Source: Antedon mediterranea (Eukaryota; Animalia; Echinodermata). From it: DNA of 64,000 nucleotides. The notes beneath the pieces are model-generated. The model saw nothing but the letters and a program-made list of their open reading frames with translations. It was not told where the DNA came from and did not search any database. The DNA lies in assembly GCF_964355755.1 (NCBI RefSeq), contig NC_092674.1, positions 20,646,001-20,710,000 on the forward strand. The letters run 5' to 3'. Below are positions 27,149-39,300 of the stretch, one piece after another; within the stretch, counting starts at the first letter, position 1, and every line of letters starts with the position of its first letter. Made by a program: the position numbers and the translations under genes.

Positions 27149-30134
27149 TTACAAGTCTGCCACTTCTTGTCTGTATGTTTGGGAGAATTCTTTCTCTTGG
27201 TCATCTGTCATGTGTGCATTATGTTGAGTTAGTTCCATGTATGTGTTATCTTCAGGTTCGTTCATGGTTGATTCAGTTTCTGTTGCGGTGTTTGGTGGTT
27301 GTTCTTTTACCGCAAGCAAGTGCTGTCTGTTTCTTCGGATTGGTTGTTTGTGGTAGCTGCACTTCATATGATCTTGGCTATTCTAAGGCTCGCTTAATTA
27401 CTCCGATTTTTTTGGTAGCCCTTTTTAGTCTGAACTCTTACCACTTGATTCTTTGTTAGCGGTTTCAACGACTTGACAGTTTTGTCATGATATTGTTTTT
27501 GTTGCAGCCTCTTTTTTGAAAGTGCATTACTAACTCTTTTGGTTTGAAGGGCTCTAGGTTTCAATAGAGGTTTAGCTGTATACACAGTGCTTCTGGTTGT
27601 CCGTGACATAAGTCTTTGTGTTGGTGATTGGAGGTCATTGTCACGTGGCACGTTTCTCAGATTCAACAGGTTGAGATAGATATCAGAACCATCCTGTCTT
27701 GTTTTTTTCTAGAAGAGCTTTTGCTTGCTTGACAGCATTTTCTGCAAGGCCATTGGATTTTGGATACTCTGGGCTTGAAGTTATATGTCTAATACCCCAA
27801 TCTTCAACAAACTTTGCAAACTGGTGAGATGCATACTGTCCGCCATTGTCGGTTATTAACAAACTTGGTATTCCATGGGTGCTAAAGCTTCGCTTTAGTT
27901 TTACAATCACACTTTCACTTCTCATATCATGCAGTGAGTTGAAATCAAACCATCCAGAATATGAGTCGACGATGACAACATAGTGTTTGTTGGTCCACTC
28001 AAGAAGGTCAGATGCTAGGATCTGCCAAGGAAGGTCTTGAATAGGGTGCAATTTCAGTGGTTTCTTTTGTTGATGTGGTTTTAGTGCATTGCATATTTTA
28101 CAGTTCTCTACAAATTTGTGTAGGTCACTCTGCATTGTGGGCCAGTAAACGATGGCCCTTGCACGCCTCGTTGTCGCTTCTACCTCAATATGTCCACCAT
28201 GAAGGACTTTAACATATTCCTGTTGCAGTGATTTGGGAATCATGGCTTTGTGAGACTTCATTATAATGTTATCTTAAACTGTTAGTTCGTCTCTGTATGG
28301 AAAGAATTTCCGAATTTCGATCGGGCAGTTCAGTTGCCTAGTCGGCCACCCTTTCATAATAACGTTTTTAAGAAGCTGCATTTCTTCGTCTTTGATTGTA
28401 GCTGCTTTTAATTCGTCTTTTCGTCGCTCTGATATTTGTGATAGTGTCATTACCTCATATTCAAGATTGATGTGTTCTGTTGACTTGCAGGGTTCCCTTG
28501 ACAGAGTGTCTGCCAGGTGTAATTCGGAACCTCTTTTGTAAACAAGTGTAAAATCGTAGCGAAGAAGTTGCATCATTATCTTTTGAAGTCTTGCTGGGGC
28601 CTTGTGTAAAGGTTTTTTCATTATGGTTACAAGTGGCTGATGATCTGTTTCGATGGTAACATGCTTTCCATAGATGTATTGGTGAAATTTTGTCATAGCA
28701 AATACAATACTTAATAGCTCTTTTTTGATTTGTGCATAGTTTTGTTCTGTGCTTGTCATTGTTCTTGAGGCAAAGGCAATTGGTTTTCGTTCTTGTAGGC
28801 AACCACAACCCAGTCCATACTTTGAGGCATCACAAGTTAGTGTGATTTCTTTATTCACATCATAAAATGCAAGGACTGGTGGTGAGATTAGCTTTTGCTT
28901 TAATCTTTCAAATGAGCTTTGATGATGTGGTTCCCATTTCCATATTACGTCCTGACGAAGCAACTCTCGTAGTGGGGCTGTCATTTCACTGAAGTTGGTG
29001 TCTACGAACTTGGACAGATAATTTAGCATTCCCAGAAACCTGCTCAGCTCGGTTTGGTTTTCAGGTGGTGGTATTTCAACAATTGCTTGGACTTTTGTCG
29101 GGTCTGGTTTGATTCCATCTTTAGTTATTAGGTGTCTGACGTAAGATACTTGGCTTGTTCTGAATCTGCATTTGGCCTTGTTCAGTTTTAGGTTTACTTC
29201 TTTGATTCTAGTTAAAACTTTCTAGCTTCTCATTGTGATCCGCCATGTCAATTTCTCCTATTAGAAGGTCATCCACTATTATTTTGCATGGGTATCCTTC
29301 GAAGAGTGTCTCCATTGCCCTTTGGTATACTTCGCTTCCACTGTTTACTCCGTATGGTAGCCGTAAGTATTTGAATCTTCCTAGTGGAGTGTTAAACCAT
29401 GTCAGGTTTGTTGATTCATCATCGAGTGGAATCTGCCAAAAGGAGTTTTTAGCATCGAGCACATTAAAAACCTTACAGTTTGCAAGATTCATTGTCGCTT
29501 GTTCTATTGTACGCATGGGGTGGTGTGGCCTTTTTAAAGCTGTGTTTAGATCACGGGGATCGATACATAATCTTATGTCATCAGTGTTTTTCTTTTTGGT
29601 TGCAACCATTGAAGAAACCCAATCGGTGGCTTCTTCTACTGGTGTTATGACACCAAGATCTGTCATTCTCTTAAGCTCGGTTTTTACTTTTTCTTCCATG
29701 GGTTTGGGCACACGCCTTGGTGGTCGAATGATTGGTGGTATATCTGGATCAATTTTCATTTAATATTTTAAAGGCAGTTTTCCTAATTTGCCATCAAACA
29801 CTTCTGAAAATTGTGTAATCTCAGGAGCTTCAGCATCGGCTATAGCTTGTGTACAATATCATCATTGATAGTTATGAGGTTCAGTTTCAGAGAGTCGTCT
29901 AGTCCTAGAATAGGTGAGCAGTTTTCTTTCACTATGTAGAAGCTTGTGTTGTATGTTTTACCAGCGACAGTTATTGGTAGGTTTATTTGTCCCATTGTAT
30001 GAATAATTGTACCACCGAAAGTTCTTAGGCTGGCACGCTTTGTGCTGTCAGTTGCAGCTTCTTGTCCAATACCTTGTATCATGTGATATGGTAAGACATT
30101 ACACTTACACCTGTGTCTAACATTAGAGTTAGAG
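27149..30134 (-). pseudogene. Gypsy pol (protease, RT, RNase H, integrase), broken by stops and frameshifts
   Basis: Protease LDTG at ~30109-30120. RT RLCIDPRDLN...LPYG...IVDD (29208-29759). RNase H CDAS...E.EL...TDHQPL...ADTLSR (28274-29029). Integrase H-x-x-H...CKIC, VDSYS, TDNG, NGLAE (27683-28261). Confidence 0.93.
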
Positions 30135-32058
30135 CAGGGGTGGCGCCAGGATCTTCCCGACGCGGGGGCTACATTCCCCGACGAGGGGGCTATGCGAGCG
30201 AAGCGAGCATCACAAGGCTGGGGGTCAGAGGGCCGCCAAGGGCCCCCGGTGGGGGTCCAGGGGGCGAAGCCCCCGGAAGCAACGCGTTCTAGCGTCATTT
30301 GAGGTCATTTTAATCAGATTTAGGGTAGCCATTTTTTCCATTTTTTATAATGCATAAATAAAATACTGCGTGCAAAAAAACGATGCGCGATGACTGTTTC
30401 AATCCATGTTTTACAATTAAAAAAATAAAAGTTCAAAGAAAATTTAGAAAAATAGAGTTGGAGGTCCTGGAAATTGGACTTATTATACTTCAAAACATGA
30501 AACAAAATATTTAAGTCCCTATCATGGTTGTGACTGAGCTCTAAGAAATGTTTGAAAAATAGAGATGTTAGGTCCCGGAAAATGCACTTCTTGTACTTCG
30601 AAATATGACCAGCTTTATTGCTGGGGCTGAGCTAAGAAAATGTTTAAAACTAGAGCTGCAGGTCTTCAAAAAATTGCATTTCATACTTTGGAAACATCAG
30701 GCCCAGAGGCTTAAAAAACGCAAGCGTAGACCCTTTTCAGTCGGGGAAATAAGTTTATTCCTCCCAAGTGTATGCCTGCGTACCATCTGGACTTCCGGGT
30801 GGTGAGAAATTCATGACATACAGGACATTGAAAATTTAATAACTTAGCTATAATAAGATGTTGGCTAAGGGAAAATGGCATGTTTTTTTTGTTTAGTAAT
30901 GGATGAAATATTTATTTTAGGTGCCCCACGGTACAGAAGGTTACTTGTAAATTAAAAAATTGGTGAACATACGAACAACAATTAACATAATTCGTTTTTG
31001 CTGTAGTGTAGCGTACGTCGACACAGTACACGACGTAACCGTCGGTAAACTTCGCCTGGAAAATAACTACAGTACACATTTTGGTCCCTGGATGGAACAT
31101 GATATCACGACCCAACGTTGAACGATTCGTACAAAGGGATACCGCCAGACAAGTGCGTACCTATAGCTATTGTTTAGTAGTAAGTTAGATCGCTGGCAAT
31201 AATGAATGCATATAAAGTGCATAATATCACTCTGACATACTCTCACGGTCAATGAAACGTCGAGGTTTTCAAGGCGCTGAAGCTACGAAGTGAACGCGAA
31301 CGAATTATATTCCCCGACAAAAAGTACCCGAACCGTCGGTAAACTTCGCCTGGAAAATAACTACATTACACATTTTGGTCAATGGATGGAACTTGATATC
31401 ACGGGTCTCGACCCAACGTTGAACGATTCGTACAAAGGGATACCGCCAGACAAGTGCGTACCTAGCTAATGTTTAGTAGTAAGTTAGATCGCTGGCAATA
31501 AAGAATGCATATAAATTGCATAATAGCACTCTGACGTACTCTCAATGTCAATGAAACGTCGCGGTTTTCTAGGCGCTGAAGCTACCAAGTGAACGCGAAC
31601 GTTTTTTACTGTATATTATATTCCCCGAAAAAAGTACCCGTGTTCCCTTCGGTAACCGTCGGTAAACTTCACCTGGAAAATAACTACATTACACATTTTA
31701 GTCCCTGGATGGAACATGATATCACGCGTCTCGACCCAACGGTGAACGATTCGTACAAAGGGATACCGCCAAACAAGTGCGTACTAGCTATTGTTTAGTA
31801 GTTAGATCTCTGGCAATAATGAATGCATAAAAGTGCGTAATAGCCCTCTGACGTACTCTCACGGTCGATGGAACGTCGTGGTTTTCTAGGCGCTGAAGCT
31901 ATATGAAGTGAACGCGAACGTTTTTTACTGTATATTATATTTCCCGACAAAAAGTACCCGTGTTCCCCGACGGGGGGGGGGGGGGGGGGCTAGGCTCCCC
32001 GACAAGGGGGCTAGAGCCCCGTATCCCCCCACCCCCCCCCCCGCTGGCGCCACCACTG
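30135..32058. mobile_element. Non-autonomous hAT-type DNA transposon nested in the Gypsy protease region
   Basis: 15-bp TIRs CAGGGGTGGCGCCAG / CTGGCGCCACCACTG and 8-bp TSD AGTTAGAG (30127-34, 32059-66). No transposase ORF. Confidence 0.92.
31038..31965. repeat. Three tandem ~290-320 bp units inside the hAT element
   Basis: aaccgtcggtaaacttc(g/a)cctggaaaataactac at ~31038, 31331 and 31654. Confidence 0.9.
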
Positions 32059-33013
32059 AGTTAGAGGTTTGCTGCGTGTGGTGACGTTAACCTTGATATC
32101 ATTTACCTTATTGAGTAGGTCGATTTCAATTACTGGGTCAATTTGTTCCATTTCATAATCACATTCGTCACTTTCAGGCAATTGGCTAATTTCTTGGACG
32201 TTTTTGTAACGCGAGTAGCTTGGACGCCTTCGCTCCTGTCGGACACTGTCGTCTGCATAGTGCCGATTTGCTGTTCTGCTTTGACATAATATAGCAAAAT
32301 GACCTGTCCTGTCACATTTTCTGCACCTGGCACCAAATGCCGGGCAGTTTCTACGAGGGTGTGATTTTCCACAGCGAGTACAGTCTTTAATCCATGAGTT
32401 TGGACTAGGCCTAGTGGTACTACTAATATTGTTGTTATTACCTGTTGGTGTACCGGAGATGGTCAACTTTTCTACTGAATTGGTCATAGCACCAGTAAGC
32501 ATAAGCCTCGTGTATCTGGCAGATTTGTATAGCTTTTTCTAGTTTTAGGTCTTTTTCTCGGAGGAAGGCCTTTCTCTGACCCTATCGTTGTCTATCCCTA
32601 CGACTATTCTATCTCTGATTAACTCATCTCGTAACTCACCAAATTCGCACGTGCCTGCTAATTTCTTGAGTGTGGCGACGTATGTTTGTATAGATTCTCC
32701 ACTACTCTTATTTGTTGTGTTAAACTTGTGCCTTTCAATGACAATGTTTCTCTGTGGTGCGCAATGTGCTTTGAATTTTTTCTTTACAATGTCAAGGTTT
32801 ACCTTTGCTTCTTCGTTCTCAAAATCAAATGACATGTAGCGTTCGATTGCCTCCTCGCCTGCTATATTTAGAAATATGAAGGACTTCTCCTTGTCATTTT
32901 GTACCGTGAGCGGCTGCTAGATACACGTCAAAATCTAGTTCGAATTTTCGCCAATTTTCTGCAACGTTTCCTTCAAAACTTAGTTGGTTAGGTCTTCTAA
33001 AGGTCTCGCCCAT
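32059..33013 (-). pseudogene. Gypsy gag (frameshifted) with two CCHC zinc knuckles
   Basis: ATG at 33013 overlaps the PBS (MGETFRRPNQLSFEGNVAENWRKF). Also CEFGELRDELIRDRIVVG and CTRCGKSHPRRNC-PAFGAR-CRKCDRTGHFAILC. Confidence 0.9.
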
Positions 33014-33023
33014 TCTGACACCA

Positions 33024-33203
33024 TGTAAACTTTTGTAGAAATAAGACAAGTAGACCAAATGATGCTTTAATACTAATCAGTTTATTATTTTAACTCTTAC
33101 CATCATGTGCGTGTCGAGGTATCGTATGACGGCATGTCGTGACCCGTATGATAAACAACTTTAATCTCAATGAAAATGACTTTAAGAACATCGATGTTCT
33201 ACA
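33024..33203 (-). repeat. 5' LTR (180 bp)
   Basis: TG..CA ends, immediately followed on the minus strand by PBS TGGTGTCAGAA. Confidence 0.93.
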
Positions 33204-34610
33204 GTCCCGTCACACGTACCTGGGCCGAATCATACCACAGTTAGCCATTACCTAGCAGCTTAGGAATATTAAGAAACATAACATAGTGTTATCACTGCCG
33301 TTGGTATTTGGAAAATTGTACAAGGACTGTTCAATATTATGTGTGGCAGGAACAGCGTGCATGAGGTAGAAACATGAGGAAGAATACAATATTGTACTTA
33401 CCGCCAGTTTGAGATTCTGCTACGCAATTACTGCAGCTGCGCTAACCATATGTTCTGTCTCAACATTGATAATTACTACCCGAGTGACCCAATTGTGACG
33501 TAAGAAAATGCCCGAGATATATTCATTGTGATATCAAAAACATAAATCGAAGGGGCTGCCCAAACAGTTGGTATGGTGAATTTAACAATTACACTCATAT
33601 CAGAAAATGTATAGTTGTTTTATTATTTAGCAATTAAACAGATTTGACAAATGTGAAGGTCAACATCTAATTAATATTAATATTTTCACAATATTTTGGT
33701 AGATCGATGACTTTTGACCTACTCTACCATTTGCCACCCTAGTTCCGCGAACTTTATTGCGTCTACGCTCTCTACAGCGAATAAGTAACCAGTTTTACAA
33801 CGTTACGTTACACTTGACCTACTTAATATTTTCAAAATATTTTGGTGTGGATCAATGACCCTTGTGACTTACTCTACCATCTGGCAAACTAGTTCCGCAA
33901 ACATTTTGCGTTTTGAACTACGCCATTTGTCGATATAATTACATAAAATTAGGGTTTTTAGTAATTATTTTGTATATCATCATTGTAAAATTCAATAAAA
34001 TAAGATATTACATGTCTATTAAAAAATAAGTGTAATAGACATGTAGGACATGACAGTTATCAGAGGCGTGACTTTACGGCACACGTCGTGAGAAAAATCT
34101 TCCGCAGTGTTTTGATTCGCGTCAGGTTCCTAATGTCTCTTCAGGAAATAAAAAGCTTACTTTTCCTTACCAAATGCGGGAGAGGGCCTGCATGGTCTTT
34201 TTTACCTCCATCATGTGTACACGATGCGGGCGGACGGACGGACAACATCTAAGTGTGCCATAAATGATATCACGATAAGCCGAACAATACTAACTTAGAG
34301 CAACACACACACAACGTCCTATTCTATCACTATCATTTTAAGGGAAATCAATAAAATACAAGTGTATACCTTATAATCTATATGTCGGAAAAGCCTCTTG
34401 CTTTGAAACAGACATCTGACTTATGGAAGTAGCCTACAATGATATCAGTGGACACTGGTCGTGCCTCTCATGGGATCCATGTAAGTTGCGTCACTGCTGA
34501 TGTGGCACAATAATTATTCACGCATAACGAATGCACGACGCCATCATCTACAGTACAAACGTTTCATCTAATAATTAGTCGCGTGCAAACGCGACTCTAC
34601 AGCTCAATAT

Positions 34611-34648
34611 GTCGGTCGGTTGGTCGGTCGGTCGGTCGGTCGGTCGGT
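34611..34648. repeat. (GTCG)n microsatellite
   Basis: About 9 tandem gtcg units, one imperfect. Confidence 0.85.
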
Positions 34649-36396
34649 AAACACTAACTCAAAGTAAAGCACGCGGTTGCAGCCATGTATATGGCCTTGT
34701 TTAACTTAAATTAAAAGGCCTATTAAAACAAATTCTTCCACAATAATGTAAATATATAGGCCTAAAGAATATCTTAACGAACATTGGCCTATACAAAATG
34801 TTAAAATAAATAATTCCAAACATAAAGGTAAGATAGAGCCAGCGGATAGTATAGCAACTAAAATTAAATAATCGCCAGATGTTGATTTATTACCACAATA
34901 TATTGTAATGAATACACAAATGCTTGATGCCAATTATAAGACATTGAAAATCCTTGTTGTTGCTGGTGAAGACGCGGCTAGGTTTCATGTTCTTACGGTA
35001 TGAACATTACATAGATACGGATGAACATAATAATAGTAGGCCTACAGTATCCAGTAACCATGAACTGCACGAACCGACAGGAGTTTTCTTTTTAAATGCC
35101 TAAATTCAAAGTTTGATTGTAAATTTGTCCCTCAATTTCATATTCGTGTCCCTGTGCGTAAACTTCGTATTAATAATTTGTTAAAAGTGCAGTTATCTTG
35201 TGTTAATGTTTGTAAAAACGGTATTTTTGGTCGGGTTGCCCATTCACAATAATAATTTAGTTAAATTGTTTCCTTACATAGATAGTTTTAGTTGTAATAC
35301 TCTTGTCTAATGTCATTTTTAATAACATATAAATCTCTTTGTGTTCTTTGTTTTATGTAAATCAAATGTATATTTTATGGCGATCCTGTATTGGTGTTTT
35401 TTCTTAATATACTGTAACTGGATCTTGAATAAATAAATAGATCAGTAAACGAATAGAGATAACACAAATGACGGAATTGTTCCATTCCCAACGTTTTTAA
35501 ATCTAATTTAGGCCTATAAAAATAAATACTATGATCCTATTACGATGTAAGCGGCCCGCTATAAATCCAAACGCTATAAATTACGCGCGGATTGATATTT
35601 TTCTTCTGTTATTCACCCATTTTTAATCGATCGTGAAATAAGGCCAAAACAAATAAAAGAATCGTAACTTTTTAGCGAAAACCCTGTATTTATTAGTTAC
35701 GAGTTACGATTCTCCTCCAAGTTTGTTGTCATGGAATGATCTGGTTTAAAGTTTTTACAACAGTAATGCATTATTTTTACAAAACATCAATACTTGTAGG
35801 GAAAGGGACTTTAATTTCTTTCACAAATTCCACGAAGAGTAGCTAGCTGTGGAAAAACCATGCGGCAAATAATATCAACATTATTTTGTAATTTTACATT
35901 TATATACTGTCCAATCAAATACACATCTTTTATACAGTAGATCTATTTCGTATTATTGTAATAATTATTAATTTGATTAATATCTTAAATCTACAAAACC
36001 ATTTCTAGTAGAATAGATAGGACTACTATTTATAATGGAAGAAAATAGAATTACAACGTTGTTCTATCAATCAATAATATTGTTAATTATGTATGTAACA
36101 CTAACAGCTGTACTACAAACATAATTCTTTTTGGTATTAGATTCAACCTTGTTTCAATGGTCTACAAATTTATTTTATCGAAAATGAAGTAAATTTGGGC
36201 GAATTTGAATGTTTATAGGTATCACATTGTTTGATGTGTACATTTTCCGCGTCACCAAGTTAATGAATATTCATTAAATGGACTATAAGAAAATAAATAG
36301 GCGTTGTTGCTATATAGCAAAATGTAATAATGACACGTCTACACTAGCATCATTTGATAGTCCTACAAGCGAATACAGTAACATTTTATTTTCCTT

Positions 36397-39300
36397 CTAT
36401 TCTTCTTTTTCCTCCGGCGAAGATATCGTCAACATTTGGAACCAACGAGTAATTGATCCTATACATATAGAAAAGAAGTAAAGAACATATTCACTTCAGT
36501 CAAGGAAGTCTCATAAATATAGGCCAAGGTCTAAATAAAATGTCCTTATACACTAACACAAAAAAATACTGGTATTGTAAAGTTAAATTAATTGATAATA
36601 ATAAAATTTTAATATCATGGTTTATTTGCATAGAAATTGTAATTGTGACTATATCGCGTACATCTTATTGCTCTGGTTTTTATTGTTTATACACAAGTGA
36701 ATTCATTTTCATTTTTGGATTACATAAGATTATATATAGTTTCTTTATTATAATACCATGTTATCTATACAATAAAAAAAAAAATACTGATTTTACCTGA
36801 TATCTTCCCTACCAGTGCTACCTTAGTTTTAGGGTAAACACCGATTAGATAGGCAGGAATAACGGTTAGCGTAAGAGCAAGGCCAACCAATGCATCCATT
36901 GGAGAAGATATGGTTGCCAAAACAACAGCACCAAATGACGTAGCTATTGCAGTTATGGGAAGTATTAGAGGAACCTTCGGGCAAAGAATACAATCTAATA
37001 ATATTGTATGTTGCAAATATTGTATTGTCTGTCTAAGTGAGTACCTATTTAAAAACCCTGTTTTTTGTTGAAGAGATTTGAAATAAATTGTGGATCATCA
37101 AAGTACAGTCGTTTACTCATAATGTATTATATTCAAGATAATTACATTAATAAAAATGATGTTTTAACGATAAATCATTATAGTAGTAACGTACCATAAA
37201 CGGTTTTTGAATGTCTGGTCTAAACCATCTCATAGTGAATATTGTTGATAAAGCCAAAGCGTCACAAACGGCACTAACAAACCCAAAGTAGCTTAGCAGT
37301 TTCCAGATGTCATTAACAAAGATATACATAATTGAGAGAATGCACTATTAGATAAAAAAAAACCACCACAGTCTCACTTAATCTTGAGTAAATGTAGCGT
37401 TAAATAAAGTAGTAGAATACGGTAATGCAAGTGAAAATGTATACATTAGAATACCCTTTTACCATTTAAATATTAAAATCAATGTCAAGCATCTTGAAAT
37501 GGACTAACAAGATTCCTTTAGTAGGCCTAATTATTAAACGTGGTTCTCGAAAATCTTACAATGCATTTTTGGTATTTTGAGACACGCATCCAAACTACTA
37601 CAAGAGGGTTTTGTAAACGGAAGGCGGACGCAGGGGTGTTACTCTAGTGGCCCGGGCAACACCCTTAATTTCGTACTAAATGTTTTTTTTCTGCCACTAA
37701 ACTGAAATTTAGATCCCAATTCAGCGTACTTATACAGATAGGGTATCTAAAATCTGAAAGAACCTAATATCGTAAGACTCAAATTATATTACATTTTACT
37801 ATCGCAGAACATTGGCGAATAATTGAAACGGTTAATTAAAAAATAATTTTTGCATTGTTGATGTGTTCCTCGTTAAGCATTGTGTAAGTTTTTATCACAA
37901 ATTGTTTTTAAACTTACGCATACGACAATTGATCCAACTGGAGTTTTGTGTTTTATGCTGATCAAGGCTATCAATTCAGGAAACATACCATCTCTTGCAG
38001 TTGCATAGTAAGCTCTGGAATGAAATAAGAAAATAATATTATTATTGCTTGACAAATCACACTAAATTCCTCATTCATAACAGTTAACAGTGTTAAAATG
38101 ATTTTACAGGTTTCATGATAAATAAAATTTCGGCCAATATTTAAAATTATAAAAAAAAAATGAATGAGATAGACCTTGTTTAGGTTTCAATAATGATGGC
38201 CATTTGTATAGATTTAGTGTTGTCATAAAACAAAATAGACAGCTGTGTTACCTAGACCAAGTCAATGCCTAGACAATTTCTTCTCTCACTAGAACCAGAC
38301 GTAACCCCCTAATAAATATGGGATCACTAATGGTGATTACAGACTAAGTTAGACGTACTTTACCTGGGTTGTGATAAGAATGATGTCATAGATGTTGTTG
38401 AGATTGCAACAAAGACTGGTATCAACCAACCAAACGAGCCAAGAGTTTTCTTGGCGAATGTCTAGAATTAAAACAATATAGGTAGTTGCAAAACGATTAA
38501 GCCTATGAAGCCGTGTATGTTTTCATATTACAGTCAGTACAGTAAATTTGTTTGACATGAATTTCTTTTTGATCGTACAGGTCTGTTTGTTTTTATACAG
38601 AATTGCTATGAAGTCACTAGAATTGTAAACATCTCATAACTTATGTTTTATATGCGGTAGAGAATCAAGTTATGTACTAACATAAAGTACTTTTACAACT
38701 CGTCCTACAATACTAATGTAGGTAAATCTGTTTTATTAGATTTGTATTACCTAACAATTTAAACTAAAGAACTTCTTTTACACTTTACCTCTATCAAATA
38801 GTAAGTTAGGTACATTTTGAATTATTTGTGAAATTTTAACTCGTGTTAAAATTTATAAATATGCTAAGAATTAATATTTTTCAACATAAATATTAAGAAG
38901 GGTAGAGCATTTAGCACCCTAGGGTTTTTAGACATTGCATTTCTTTGTTTTTCCTTAAATTGTAGGTGAATAGTTAACGTTAGTGAAATAAATGATAGTG
39001 TCGTATTCTATTTTCCAGAAAAAAAAAAACCATACCTGTACGATAATATTAAAACGATATTATATAATAACTAACGTATAGTCTGCCTATTTCTAAACAA
39101 ACATTTGCTGTACTATTTTATTCTCACTGGTTACTCATAAATCTGGCAAGTGCCCGTAATTTTAGTTACGTGTCCTAGTTTTATCAGACATCATTTATTA
39201 TAAAAGATCAACAAATGTTCTTAATATTCATGGCTAATACAATGAGTCACACTTACTACGGCTACAGCATTTGAAATCAACATTTCATCGGGGGTGAGTA

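Larger units (their letters stand above)
26639..33203 (-). mobile_element. Full-length but decayed Ty3/Gypsy LTR retrotransposon (Mag/SURL-like)
   Basis: LTRs TG..CA at 26639-26794 and 33024-33203. 5-bp TSD GTCCC (26634-38, 33204-08). PBS TGGTGTCAGAA (tRNA-Leu-like) and PPT GGAAGGAAAGA. Domain order gag-PR-RT-RH-IN. Confidence 0.96.

Noticed and set aside
29245-29763. 172-aa plus-strand ORF
   Set aside because: Antisense to the Gypsy RT domain, with no independent motif.
29840-30298. 152-aa ORF with an unusual N-terminus
   Set aside because: Chimera of the hAT element end and the frameshifted protease. The same applies to the C-terminus of 32011..32502.
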